Of a stretch of DNA of 64,000 bases, positions 13,433-28,600 are shown piece by piece. The position numbers and the translations under genes are program-made. The notes beneath the pieces are model-generated. The model was not told the DNA's origin. It did no database searches and was given only the letters and a program-made list of their open reading frames with translations. The stretch comes from Octopus bimaculoides. Taxonomy: Eukaryota. The first letter of the stretch is position 1, and every line of letters starts with the position of its first letter. The stretch is taken from positions 74,789,945 to 74,853,944 of the forward strand of contig NC_068987.1 of the NCBI RefSeq assembly GCF_001194135.2, in the 5' to 3' direction.

Positions 13433-16400
13433 TACTTGTTGCACACTTGTATACACACTCATACATCCAGATCTACACATATACATGTAATATTTATGAA
13501 TGAAAGATTTTATTTTTGAAATAAATTCTCCAGATTTATCCTTCATATTCCACATGTCTGTGGAATAACATTAAGGAGTTAAAAAAGGGAATGGAAATAA
13601 TGATTTCATGTAACTTTGTGTGTGTGTGTGTGTGACTATTTTATGGGATTTTTTTTTCTCTTCCCAGTGACTTTTCCTAGATCCTTAAAAGCCAAGCTCT
13701 TTCCTCTCCTTTTGTGTCAGCCAATCATCCCTTCATCTCATTCCCATCTACCATGGTTGTGGAAAAGGCCTATTTTTCTCCCCCAGCATTGACTGTCACT
13801 AGGTCCCTTCTGACTTTGATGGCTTGTAGGTCAACAGAAGCCCCTATTTTCTTTCTTTTCATTCATTTCACTTTCTGCCGTTCTTTCTCTCTCTCTCTCC
13901 CCCCTCTCTCTCTCTCTTACACCTGCAGCTATTTTTTTTATTCACTTACCTATTTATCTTGTGATTCTCTCAATCTATATATCTTTCTATCCACCTATCT
14001 ATATCAATCTATCTACCTATCTATATCTATTTGTGACTCACCCCCACCTATCTTAAAAGAATTTGTCTCTCCTCCTTACAGAAGAAGAACAATTAGATTA
14101 AGTGTCCTGAGCTTAGGTGGGATGAGACACAATAAGGATGATGAAAAGAGGAAATGGTTAGATAGACAGATAGCTGTACAGATAGACCGACAGACAGACT
14201 GGCAAGTAGGTAGGAAAATAGATAGAATTTGGGAGGGAAAGGTGGGTAGAAGGTATTTCTTGATTTCTTTTCCATCTTTTCTTGCCTCTCTCTTTCTCTC
14301 TTCATATCTATCTGTCTGTCTGCCTCCCTTTACTTCTCTTTCTCTTGCTATGGCTGTTATTTCCCATGATGCTCTGCAGTTTTGTTTATACAAGTCTCTG
14401 AAAGAGGACAGCCTGTGTGATACTGTAGGGGTTGTATGGCAAAGAGGCCTGGGAGCAGTAGTAATCTACCCTCACCTCCTACCCCTCTTAACTCTTAAAG
14501 TACTCCCACCACTATTCAGGTTACTACTGTTCTACACCACCACTGCCACTGCCCTCACCCTTATTTTACCACCACCCTCTCCTCTTCCTTTTGCCCCCAA
14601 ACCTATCTCAGGATATACTTTTAGCCCTGCTGCTGCTGTGACACTCTTATCACCACTATAGTTACTGTTGTTGTTGTTGTTACTACTACTACTACCACCA
14701 CCAATACCACTAGCATTTGTTGTTTGTTGTGGTGGTGATAGTAGTAATTGTTTTGCTTGTTCCCCCTATTTGGTTCTTACTACTACTACTACTACTACTA
14801 CCACCTCCACCACTACTACTACTACTACTACTACCACCTCCACCACTACTACTACTACCACTACTACGACTAAGCATAGTTGTCCAGCTCTACTCCAAAT
14901 TTGTCTTTTAATTCTATAGTAGTGTATTAATTGTGTTGTAATAGTAACACTATTAACTACAGTAGTGGCTGTGGTGGTGGCGATGGTGTCCCCCCTCCCT
15001 TCTTATTTTTCAGCAACAGTAGTAACGTGGTCTATCTCTCATACACATGCACACGCACACACACACACACACACATATATGCCACTAGCTGAGGATGAGG
15101 GCCACCACTGCACCACAGAGCCTCTATTGCCACATCAGTTACATCATTAAGCCCACCTTTTTAACAATGGGAATTCATTTGTGGTGGGTAGTTTCTCCAG
15201 AATACCCATTACACCACTTGTTGCAGTCCCTTCACCACTTCTTTGCATGTGGAAGCATGTGGCTTAGTGGTTAGGGTGTTGGACTCATGATCATAAGATT
15301 GTGGTTTCAATTCCTGGGCCAGGTGGCATTGTGTTCTTGAGTGACACATTTCATTTCATGCTGCTCCAGTCCATTCAGCTGTCAAAAATAAGTAATCCTG
15401 CAACAGACTGGTGTCCCCTTCAGGTGGGGAATATATACACCATGAGGCCATGAAACAGACTCTTATGAGTTGGTATGACTCGAGAAGGTAGCTTTGCTTT
15501 TTTTTTTCTTTTTTTTTTTTTGTATTCTTAACTGGTCTGGTCTTCTTTCACAACTTCCTTCCTCTTGGACTGCTTGATTTTCTTTAACCCCTTTGGTACC
15601 AACCTGTCTAAGACTACCTCTTGTTCTATAATACAAACTTGGCTCCCTTGTCTCATTTACCAGTGGATTTAATGATACACTCTCAGAGTGGTTGGCGTTA
15701 GGGAGGGCATCCAGCTGTAGAAACTCTGCCAGATCAGATTGGAGCCTGGTGCAGCCTTCTGGCTTGCCAGTCCTCAGTCAAATCATCCAACCCATGCTAG
15801 CATGGAAAGCGGACGTTAAACAATGATGATGATGATGATGATTAACCCCTTAGCATTTAAACCAGCCATATCTGGCCAGAAGTTTCTCCCTTCTTTCTGT
15901 TCAAACCAGCCATATCTGGTCTCTCACACCTACCCTACAATGTCAATCTAAAAATGAACAACCACATCATCAAAATCTCACAGCTTTTAGATGATTAATA
16001 CAAAACAATTGAATAACTAAGCCTTACATTTCACAGAATAATCTGAATGCTAAAGGGTTACCAATGCTGTAGTGATGGCTCTCAATTTTTACCCATAGTG
16101 TGCTTGTGGTAACTCTGGATTTCATTCTTTCCTGGTGATGTAACAGAGGTAGTTCTTCTATAGCAGCGTTGTAATGACATGACGAGTTGTGACCTTCATA
16201 CTTTACTGGTTTTATAATGGTTCTCATTCCATATGAGTAGATTTTTTTTTTATCTACTGCTTGTTTCAGTCATTGGATTGCAGCCATGCTGAAGCACCAC
16301 CTTGTAGGAGTTTTAGTCAAACAGACTGACCCCATTTTAAGTTTGGTATTTAATCTATCAATTTCTTTTGCTGAACTGCTAAGCTATGGTGACATAAACA

Positions 16401-16673
16401 AACCAACACCAGTTGTCAAGCAGTGTGGGTGGCAAACAAAGATGCCCCCCCCCACACACACACACACATATATAAACATATACGATGTGCTTCCACACAG
16501 TTTCCATCAATCAAATTGACGCACAAAGCATTGGTCAGCTTGGGACTATTCTAGAAGACACTTGCCCAAGATGCTACAAAGTGGGACAACCCGAAACCAT
16601 GTGGTTTCCTGTACTAAATCTTTTTAAAACTAATATGAAATGTGTATTCCTATCAAAATAGCAAGGAGTATAC

Positions 16674-16710
<37 letters not shown>

Positions 16711-19700
16711 TCTCACTCTCTCACTCAATCTCTCTCCCCCTTTGTCTCTCTTCAGCTTCCATTATCAGTACACCATTTCATGTCCAGTTTTCCATGCTGG
16801 TATGGTTTGGACAGTTATCTTGAGGCATTGTTTTGTGACCAGATGTCCTTTTTGTTATCATTCCTTTTGCTCACTTCTTACAACGTACACACATGCACAC
16901 ACTTATGTGTGGATGGAAATATTGATGTGTATTATGTGATGTGTGTGTGTACCTTGTCATACAGTAAACAGATGCATGGTTCACAATACATATTATCTCT
17001 ATATATAATATATCTTGTATGTGTTACCATAAACTGTTGTGTATATTATGTCATACTATATTTCAACAATTGTTTATTTCAGGCTGCAATTCTTGTGTTC
17101 TTCAATCTTAGTTCTATCCTTCTGATCCTACCTGCAGTTGTTAGTTGGGATTTAGTTCGACGTGAAGATAAACGAATTGATGTATTCTGCTGTTTCCAAA
17201 GGTATTTTTCTTCCTCCTCTCTTTCTATAAACAACTTTGCTTATATTACTGAGTTTTAAAACAGTTATTTTATATTATTACAAGCTTTTATGTCACCTAT
17301 ATGAACCATTAACATTTTAATTAAAAGCAACTCATGCATTTACATGATTGTTCACCTTCCTAGAAATAGTAACTAAATCTCCCTCGGGTCACATCTTAGA
17401 AAAGAAGTACACATTGAATAATTTAGGTGTGAGCATACAACGAAAAGTAAGATTGTTGATTAGATCTGCTTAATCCTGCCTGGCCCTAGACTAAACCATA
17501 ATAACGAAAAAATGCAACAAATCAGAATAATTCTGTAGAAAACATTATTATACCAAGATTCATAGTGTTAAGAATTTCAGAGAACCCATTTATCATTTAA
17601 CATCTGCCTAGGAAAGGTATTGCAATCTACTGGAGATTTGGTTAAATTCCACACAAAGAATATAAACTATTTTAGGGGAAAATTCCAAAGGTTTATTCCA
17701 GTATAATTTCCAAAGGCTTCCTAGTTTCTGAGAAACCTTTAAATGGTCATCTATCATTTGTTGAGGCAGATGTTGTGACATAAAGTGTTCATATTTAAAT
17801 CCAAACACTCTCATCATAATTTCATGGAAAAAATCTTTTGATAAATAATGTTAATTATAGTAATTAACTTAATGAGGAATTTTGATATTTTACTGAATGT
17901 TTCCAAAGATTTTACTATTGTGGAAATTTACTAAAACATAGAAAATGTATTTCATTAAAACTCTGGTCACAAAAAGGGTGGTAAATAAAGTTGTCACATG
18001 ACTGTTGTTATGTAAAAATGCATGTCACAAGTCATCATGGGAATACCTATATGGTCACATGACCTGCTAGAATTAAAAGACAGACAGACACATTGAATAA
18101 TGTAGTCCTAGATATACTATATCTGCTCAAAAACATCATAGTGATGGATCTGCTTAGTTGAGGGCTAAGCTGTGTCTAAATAACTGCTTAACTATCATCA
18201 TAACAATGAAGTTAGCTCTTTTCTTTTTAAATAAACTCTTCAGTAGAATAATTAACTGTGGGGTGGGTGGACACAATTTACTTGTACACATTCTTGCTTT
18301 GCCTAACACATAAAATGGCAGCTAATAAACCAAATTTTCTTTCCCACAGTTCAATGGCCAACCAAGTGATAGAATTACAACCACAAAGGGACAGTGAACA
18401 CTGTTTATCACATTTTGGTTACAGTTCAACACACCTGAGCATCCCAAATACCTCATCAAGTGTTGCTATTCATCAGACCGTAACTAAAATTTCTGTTAAT
18501 GGCTCTCAGCCAGTCACCTGTTTAGCAATGCAGCCAACAGAACGTGTTGTCAATCAAAGCCACTCAACAAAGCCAGTACATTCAGAAAAAACACAAAAGG
18601 CCCCCGTTCCAGAAAAACATTCAAAGGCCCCCGTTCCAGAAAAACATTCAAAGACCCCTGTTCCAGAAAAACCTCTAAATGCTCTTGTCTCAGAAAAAAC
18701 TCCAAATGCCCTTGTTCCAGAAAAATCTCCACATGCCCTTGTTCCAGAAAATCCTACAAATGCCCTAGTTCCAGGAAAACCTTCAAATGTTCCAGAAAAA
18801 TATCCAAGAGCCATTCTTCATGAAAAATCTCCAAAACTCCTTGTTTCTGATAAACCTCTGAAAGTCCTGTTTCCAGATAATTCACTCAAGTCCGTACTCA
18901 CTGAAAAACCACCAATTCAAACTCCTGTATATCCTCCAGGTAAGCCTGAATTTATTTTTATATATTTCAGGGCATCCAGTTGTAGAAACTCTGGTTCAAT
19001 GAATTCTACCTGATCCATGCAAGCTTGGAAAAATGGATGTTAAAATGATGATTGTGTGTGTGTACATATTCTTCCTTTATACATACAAGTGTATGTGTGT
19101 ATCTGTCTGTAGATTGAACAGTGAAATTATTATTTGAGAAAGATGAAAGGAAATTTTCGGTGGAGACCATAACCTCATTCTTCAATGATTTCTATTTGCA
19201 GCATGTCCATCCAATACATCGTCTCGTCAGTGTTTGACACCAATTGACAGCGTCTCATTCAAGGATTGTTGGCTACAGATGCAGCATGAATGCTTCAACT
19301 TCTCGTTAGCAAATATTGTTAAGAATCATTATGGGCCATTTCTACAGAAGACACCAACAAAGGTGGGTTCAGCAACACAAGTGACATTTGTTGTTGCTTT
19401 CCATAACTGTTTCTGTTAGTTATGATCTTTGTGTTTTTTATTGCTTAGTTTCAGATCAACCGTGATTACTAACACACTTAATGTAGTGAGCACATAATGA
19501 GAAAGAGCAATCAATATGTTATAATTTACAATTAAAAATTTCTGAAATATTTTATAGAAACCTAAATTTTTTTATTGATTCTTATTTTGAATTGGGATGA
19601 TGAAAGACTCATACATATTTCTTTATTTCCAGGTTTTCACTATTGTAGTATTTTTGATTATCACACTCATTGGTATTTATGGCATCACACTTGTGGAAGA

Positions 19701-20556
19701 CGGCTTAGAACTTACAGACATTGTGCCACATGGAACGGCCGAGTACAATTTCTTGGAAGCAAAATCCAAATATTTTGGATTTTACAACTTCTTTGCTGTG
19801 ACAAAGGTTAATAAATATATAAGTATTTCTACATTTTTATAATGACCTGATTTCCAGGACAGTGTCCTGTCCCTTACTCATTGGTCAGGATGGCTAGATC
19901 CTGACATTTTTATATAGATATCCTTTTTGGTTCAGTCCTTTCTATGTTTACAACACATGCATGACTGCATAGTTAAGAGATTTGTTTTACAACTGTGTGG
20001 TTTTAATTTTGGATATGGGTTTAGTTCCACTGCATGACAACTTTGGCAAGTGTCTCTGGTTATAATCTTAGCTTCATCAAAGCCCTGTAATGGAAATTTG
20101 GGAGACAGAAACATTGTGCAAGGCCATTGCAGAAGACAGTTCCCTTTGCTCTTGGGTGCATTTGGCAGAATCTGACTATGAAGGCAGTCATAAATTTCAT
20201 TAGGTGTTCTCGTTTTACCAAATTGTATTAACAACTATTTCCTTATGCTTACATGGGTGAGATAAAATATTTGTTAGATCAATTCTTTTTACAAGCAGAC
20301 AGTTGACATTCTTCCATTAATCATCCATATTATGTGAAAGTTTCAATCAAACAAACTGGCTCAGCAGGGTTAGATGGTTTGCTCAGGAGCACAGCACAAC
20401 AGCTATAGCAAGATCTGAAGTTGTGCATGCACATGTGCTCAAAAATTGCCCAGTACCTTAACTGTGCAGCTCCACTCTCATTTGTTTAAAAAAAAAATTG
20501 GGATTTTGTACTTCATGAATAGAATGAAACAAGACACCATACCTGCACATACTTTT

Positions 20557-20605
<49 letters not shown>

Positions 20606-21020
20606 NNNNNNNNNNNNNNNNNNNNNNNNNNNNNNNNNNNNNNNNNNNNNNNNNNNNNNNNNNNNNNNNNNNNNNNNNNNNNNNNNNNNNNNNNNNNNNN
20701 NNNNNNNNNNNNNNNNNNNNNNNNNNNNNNNNNNNNNNNNNNNNNNNNNNNNNNNNNNNNNNNNNNNNNNNNNNNNNNNNNNNNNNNNNNNNNNNNNNNN
20801 NNNNNNNNNNNNNNNNNNNNNNNNNNNNNNNNNNNNNNNNNNNNNNNNNNNNNNNNNNNNNNNNNNNNNNNNNNNNNNNNNNNNNNNNNNNNNNNNNNNN
20901 NNNNNNNNNNNNNNNNNNNNNNNNNNNNNNNNNNNNNNNNNNNNNNNNNNNNNNNNNNNNNNNNNNNNNNNNNNNNNNNNNNNNNNNNNNNNNNNNNNNN
21001 NNNNNNNNNNNNNNNNNNNN

Positions 21021-21056
<36 letters not shown>

Positions 21057-24000
21057 GTCATAGATATGTAATAAAAGATTTCCAGACAATGGACATGAGT
21101 TAAAAATAAGAACAGTAATAAATGAGTGAAGAACGAATATATAGTGAATGTGTTTATTTGGTGGGGAAAAAAAAGATCATCCCGAAATACAATATATATA
21201 TATATGTACACTTTCTCCACTATTTTCTTCTCTTCTCTCCCAATTTCCCTCTCATTCTCATTTTCATTTTGCTTGTGTTTCTCCACAGAACAACTTTGAT
21301 TATGCTCACAACCAGCAGTTACTGTATTCCTATCACAAAGCATTCCAACAAGTCAATCACATCATCAAGCGAGAAGATGGTTCTCTGCCCACATTCTGGC
21401 TACAACTTTTCAGAGAATGGCTCCATGGTATGCTACTAATTTTAAAAAAACAACCCTTTATTTCCTTCTTTCTCCTTACCTTGGGTTCATGTATTAATTT
21501 CTTCAGCTTTCATTTGTTATACATCTGAAATCCTTCGCTTACTCAACATTTTTTGCCCTTTTTAATTTCAGATTTACAAAAGTCTTTTGATGATGATGTG
21601 GCTAATAAGTGCATTGGTCCACGGAAATGGTACCAAAATGCCTCTCAGAATGGTATTTTGGCTTTCCGACTTCTGGCCCAGACTGGCAATGTTGACGATC
21701 CTTTTGATGTCAATCAGGTAAGAATTGATTAGAGATTCTTTTACAGATTTCAGTCATTGGACTGTGGCCATACTGAAGCACCATATTCAAAGATTTAAGT
21801 CAATTATATCAGCCTCAATATTTGTTTTTAAGTCTGTTATTTCCTCTGAATCCACTAATAAAGCGATGCCTAAAGAGCAGCAATATGAACTAAACTAGTT
21901 TTTAGATTTGTGTAAGCATAAACACATGCATCTATATATGTTTATAGATATATATATAATACCCGTCAGAGTGTAAGTATCTTGAGAGAAAAGCTGAACA
22001 TTAGAAGCATCAGTTGTGGCGTGCAAGAGAGACGATTGCGCTGGTATGGACATGTGGTGAGAATGGAGGAGGATAGCTGCGTGAAAAAGTGCCACACCCT
22101 AACAGTTGAGGGAACCCGTGGAAGAGGTAGGCCCAGGAAGACCTGGGCTGAGGTGGTGAGGCAAGACCTTCGTACATTGGGCCTCACCGAGGCGATGACT
22201 ACGGACCGAGACCTTTGGAAATGGGCTGTGCGTGAGAAGACCCGGCAAGCCAAGTAAGATNNNNNNNNNNNNNNNNNNNNNNNNNNNNNNNNNNNNNNNN
22301 NNNNNNNNNNNNNNNNNNNNNNNNNNNNNNNNNNNNNNNNNNNNNNNNNNNNNNNNNNNNNNNNNNNNNNNNNNNNNNNNNNNNNNNNNNNGCGGGTGGC
22401 ACATAAAAGACACCATTTCGAGCGTGGCCGTTTTCGTGCGGGTGACACGTAAAAGCACCCACTACACTCTCTGAGTGGTTGGCGTTAGGAAGGGCATCCA
22501 GCTGTAGAAACTCTGCCAAATCAGACTGGAGCCTGGTGTTGCCATCCGGTTTCACCAGTCCTCAGTCAAATCGTCCAACCCATGCTAGCATGGAAAGCGG
22601 ACGTTAAACGATGATGATGATGATGATGATGATATATAATGCAGACTCATGCTCACACACATACATGCAATGACAGTAGGTGGAAACTAACAATGTGGAA
22701 ACATTGTTAGTTTCCACCTACCAGATCATATTCTCATAGTAAATATAATTTTGGTCAATTCCAAAAGTATTGTAAAAGATACCTGCCTAGAGCTTTGAAC
22801 CTCACACAACGCAATCATGCCTGCATAGGTGTGTGTGTGTGTGTGTGTGTGATATAGATATTTACAAACATGGAAGGTGGTTGGCAAAAGACAAAAAACA
22901 GCAGACAAAATACTTTTTGTATCATTCCATTCTGAATTGAAATTTTGCCCACTTCTGCTTTGCCTCACATTCTTCCAAGATCCCTACAATAAGTACTGGT
23001 ATTGATGCAGTTGACTATACCTTTGAAGACAGTGCCCCAGCATGGCCATTAAAAAAAAATTAAACACAGTATATTGCTTTTGTCAAATATGCAATACATA
23101 GCTGATATAGACTACATACACCATGGTACATGTTGTATGGCATGTGTATGTGGTACCTTAACACAATGCAATACAGAATTAACATAATGGCATACAGCAT
23201 ACAGGCAGATATACACACTGTAAGCATAGACTGTACAGACACCTTTATGTTAAACACTATAAATACATACCTGAACCACTTAGCCACATTGTATTATAAC
23301 CTATACTATTTCTCCCTGTATTTCCAGGTTCACAAAGTACGTCTTGTTAAGGATGGCATCATCAACCCATCAGGATTCTATAACTATTTGTCAGCCTGGC
23401 GAGGAACTGATGTGTTAGGATACGACTCAGCTATGGGTGATTTCTACCCACCATTAAAATCCTTTGTCCATGACTATCGAGATAGAAGCTTAGAAGGTAA
23501 GCTTGAGCAGATTTATGTCAGGTGGCAATTCAATAGAATTGATGTGACTTTTTGTAATTAAGAAGCTTGTATCATTTCGCCATCTAGCTGAAGATTATAC
23601 AGAAACATGGAGTACAGTGTGTCAACCTAAACAGGTTGTACTCCCTCGACTGTTCAGTCTATTTTTGGACCCTGAACTGATATGTGTTTCAATGCTGGAA
23701 ACTAAACTGTAAGAGCCTACCTTTGTTTATACAACTGACCAGTAGAAGATTTCTATTCTGCAGTCTTCAATATCTTTCTTTCTCAGTTGATTTACTGGCC
23801 ATTTTATTTTCATTGTGGATGACATGCCCACTATATTCAACAAAATGATGAGTTGGTAAGACAAAAAGATAGTCAAGATTGCTCTTAATGTGTTCATATC
23901 ATAAGGTTTTTCCACAGAAAAAGCCTGAAATCATTGACATGAATGCTAATAAAAGAAGTGAATTAGTATTTGAACAACATCTATAGACGTTTGGTGGGGT

Positions 24001-25648
24001 TGGACCACTGATTACAAGATTCCTGTCTTCACTGGCAGCTCACCTAGCAGAGATAACTGGTGAAGTCCGTGAGGGCACTTGGTTGTTCCAGCACATCAGC
24101 CTCGCCATCACCCGTGGCAATGCTGCAAGTGTGCTAGCATGTCTCAAAAGTCATTAGAGAGGTTTCCCAGCATTGCAATATTTTCAACCTAAGGTGGCGA
24201 ATTTTTTTTTTTTCTTCTCACTCTTATGTACATATTTAAGTGTAAATAAAATTACCAGTGCTATCTACAAACAGTTCACTTTAATGTTTGTATTTGTATA
24301 TCACTGAGACGCTAGGACATTAGGATTTAAGCAAAAAGGGGTTCTAAATGATTTAATCATATTTTACAATCGTTTTTTAAGTCAGTATTTTGAGACACTA
24401 TTACTTTCTCTAAACACTTTTTTTTTGTAGAATTCTTCTAAAAGTTTATGTTGACTTTACAGTTTATATATTTCATACCATTATATACCACCTTACCATA
24501 TACCATTTCTTACCATTTTCAGTATTCAAATCTCACCAAATACAGTATGCTCAGTTGCCATTTTACCTAACTAATTTATCCAACACCAGTGATATGATTG
24601 AAACTGTACGAGTAAGTTCACATTTCTTTTCCCTTAATCCTCAGTTTATAGTTCAACCATATTATCATGCTTGCAAATAACCACTTGTCTTTTTTACTGT
24701 TATATTTATAATGTGAAATTGAAAAAGTTGTGAGTAGGAATGAAAGAGCTTTGACAAACAAAAACAAAACAAATTAGTTAATTGGATATTTATCCATTTG
24801 ACTAATAATAAAGAAAAGGAGTGGAATTGAACCAGTGTTTGTGTTAATTGGCATAATGACTCTCCCTAGACACAACAAAAATTACATATATTGCTATCAA
24901 CAAAACTGAAATTGAAAATTCACATCTTGATGTGACTTGAAATTATATATATATATATATATTCTTATTTTTATCTCTTACAGCACATCCGTTCCATATG
25001 TAAGGAGTTTGAAGGCAAAGGACTCCCTAATTACCCACGTGGGGTCCCTTTTACCTACTGGGAGCAGTATTTGCACCTTCGCATGTACCTCTCCTTGTCT
25101 ATTTTGTGTATCCTTATAATGACATTCCTTGTCATTGCTATCATACTGGTCAACTTATGGATAGCTGTAATTGTGGTAAGTATATATTTTATTTTTTTCC
25201 TCTTGTTTGAATCTCTTCACACTGTTCACTCTTTTTGACATGGGAACCACTACATGGTTACTGAACTTGAAAGAAATAGCAGCCAAATCTCTCTCACGTT
25301 ACATCTTATTGTCTTTTTTCCTATCTTCTCCCCACTTCCCTTTATTGTTACTTTTCCGTATACAGTTATGCATCTGGAAGCTCTGGCACAGTTTTTGTCT
25401 GTGTATAATCACACAATTCTTATAATCAGGCTTAACCTTGGATTAATCAACAACAACTATATTTTCATTCTAAAGAATCAACTGTTAAAAATAACTGCCA
25501 AATATCCTCGGGTAACATCCTATCATCTTAATAATGGATGAATATGTTATATACAAATAAACAGACTATTATGACTGGCTGGATCATTTTTGTGATCATA
25601 GGTCTGCTCATTCAGAGCTAATTTGGAGTTAGACAACAATACAAACTC

Positions 25649-25684
<36 letters not shown>

Positions 25685-28600
25685 TCTATCTAACACACAC
25701 ACACATTCATGTTATCACATGCATTAACCATCTTCTATGATAATGTCCAGAATCTTTCCAACCTATCACATAGAATGATATTCACTCAGTATGATATATT
25801 TTTTTTTCTTCTGTAGATGGCGATACTGCTTTGTTTGGTGTTACAACTCCTTGGTTTTATGGGTATTGCAGGAATCAAGCTAAGTGCAGTGCCTGCAGTT
25901 ACTTTGGTCATAGCTGTTGGCATTGGCATGGAATTTATTGCACATGTATGCATAGTAAGTATTGCAACAGTAACAACATCTGCATGACTTATATTACATA
26001 CATCTGTCATTGATTTGTTTAATGGTGGCTTGATCTATATCAGCTTACAGTTGGAATCTCATTAGTTATAGTTTTCAATGCTAGTCACTGCTGACATTAG
26101 TGGTGCTAGATGTAGGTACTGGTCAGAATTATAGGAATTTGTCATTGGCTTTGGTGATGGTCACTGTAGGAATTGGTAGCAATAGTTGTGATGATAGTCA
26201 TAAATCTGCAGGCTTTATATCTGTTGATAGCAATTGTGTTAATGGTATGTCAAAGTGGAGGCTCGTAGCTCAGTGTTGAGAGCATCAGGCCCACAATCAT
26301 GAGATAGTGAGTTCAATTCCTGGACCAGACTGTGTGTTGTATTCTTGAGCAAGATACTTTATTTCACATTGCTCTAGAAATGAGTTGCAACATCACTGGT
26401 GCCAAGCTGTATCGGCCTTTGCCGTTCCCTTGGATAACATCAGTGGTGTAGAGATGTGAGGCTGGTATGCATGAGCGACTGCTGGTCTTCCATTAAAAAC
26501 AACCTTGCCTGGCCTTGTGCCTCAGGGGAGTTCTTTTTTTTACTGGTGATGTCAAGCAGTGGCACTAACTGTGGTGGCAATGGCCATGACTATGTAGTAG
26601 TAGGGGGAGGGGGGAGAAAGAGGAGGAGCAATAGCAGCAGAAGAGTTGACCTGTTGATTCTAATGAAGAGAAGGTGGACTGGGATGGACGAAGGGGTTGA
26701 TAATATTTGTAGAGTAGAAGGTGGCAAGCTGGCAAAATCATTAGCATGTCAAGCAAAATGCCTAGCAGCACTTCGTCCGTCTTTACATTTCTGAGTTCAA
26801 ATGCCACCAGGGTCGACTTTGCCTTTCATCTTTTCAAGGTCATTAAAATAAGTAAGAGTTGGACACTGGGCTCAAAGTAATTGACTTACTCCATCCCTCA
26901 AAATTGTTGGCCTTGTGCCATAATTTGAAACCAATATTTGCAGAGTAGAAAGGGATTGATGATTATTGTGTAGGAGGATTAAAATAAATATGATCATAGA
27001 AGAGATGGTAATTGATGATGTTATATGATAATGGTTACGATGATGATGTTGATACTGGTTAGCATGATGATAATGTTTCATTTCTATTTTGCAGGGTTTC
27101 ATCACATCTGTGGGCAGTAGAGACCGCCGTATGTTGTTAGCACTGGAACACACTTTCGTCCCTGTTGTCCATGGCGGTATCTCAACATTGTTAGGCATCA
27201 TTATGTTAATAGGAGCAGAGTTTGATTTCATTATTAAGTAAGTTTTCTTATCTATAATTGTTCTTGTTGTTGGCATTGTCAGTGACTGTGACATTAGCAA
27301 CCTCATTGTTTTTATTTAGCTCTGGGTGAGCTTCTGAGGAAGCATGGTCAGTGATGTTTGCAAGAGAGAGAGAGAGAGAAGGGTCTGGTAGATAGAACTG
27401 TGATGGTGGTTGTTGTTTAGTCATAAATGCACAAGTCTATGATTAGAGACATTGTAACCATGACTACCCCAGCTTATCAGACATTGTATTTCTAGGATAC
27501 ATTAACCAATGTGCCATTTTTTATTTAACATGGAAGCATGAATGTGTGTGTGTAATATATATATATATATGTCAATTAGTAGTGGCTTTACTTCACTTAT
27601 CAATTGCAAACAAATAATAAAGATGTAAATATTGAGACTATGATCTTATTACTTTTATCTTTTAATTCTACTTCATCATAAGATTTAAAAGAAAATGTCT
27701 ATTTTCTTCTGAATCTATTTATATCTTTTATAGCAAAAATTTAGATTCAGATGAATATGGTACTTAAGTTGAGGCACCAGAGTTTAGTACGCTTTTATCC
27801 ATACAATTTCAAAATAAGGTGATTAAAATCAACATAAGCAACAAGGATATCCAGAGGTAATGCTGTACGATTGTTTCACGCAACTCCATTTAATTGAACC
27901 ATTGCATCAATTAAAATGCAGAGCAATCCTCAGCTGCACAAAGACATAGAATTTAATTAGATAATTTTACTTAAAATCTAGAAGTTAAGGAGATAGACAA
28001 AGAACATGCTGCCTTCACTTCAGCTTAGAAACTACTAAGGTATCAGGAAGAAAGACTTGTTACAGATTTTGCTTGTCACTGCTCTATGGGGTCAGTTTTA
28101 ATTTACAGACTAGTTTTATCAAAAAGGCCGAGAGAACAAGGAGCAGTGTCTGTTAGGAATAGGGCTGAGGAGTTGACAGAAATCATAGTGGACACAGTCA
28201 TAAAAAAAAAAAAAAAACTATCAAGATTTATTAGAAGCAATATCATGAAATTTGGTAAAGGAAATCAAGATGCTAGCTGACAATTAAGGGGGTTGGCCAC
28301 TAGCAGACCATTGGTAATGAAACAGAAATCTTATCATGTACTACTATAGTTAAATATTTTAAACAATATTGCACCAGTCCTCAGTCAAATCGTCCAACCC
28401 ATGCTAGCATGGAAAGCGGATGTTAAACGATGATGATGATGATGATGATGATGATTGCCTTATTGTATAAAGTTAAAGTTTAGGGTTATTCAGAAGAATA
28501 TTATAACAAAAGGATAAAAAGTTTTTTGAGTATGTACCAAACATTTACCATAATAGAGGAAGGAAAAGAAATTATCTAGAAATAGTTTAATATTTATACA

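Noticed and set aside
13714-14661. 315-aa ORF in the long ptc intron
   Set aside because: Made of CT/ATCT microsatellite-derived low-complexity sequence, with a GTG start, no domain motifs and no fit to the ptc exon chain
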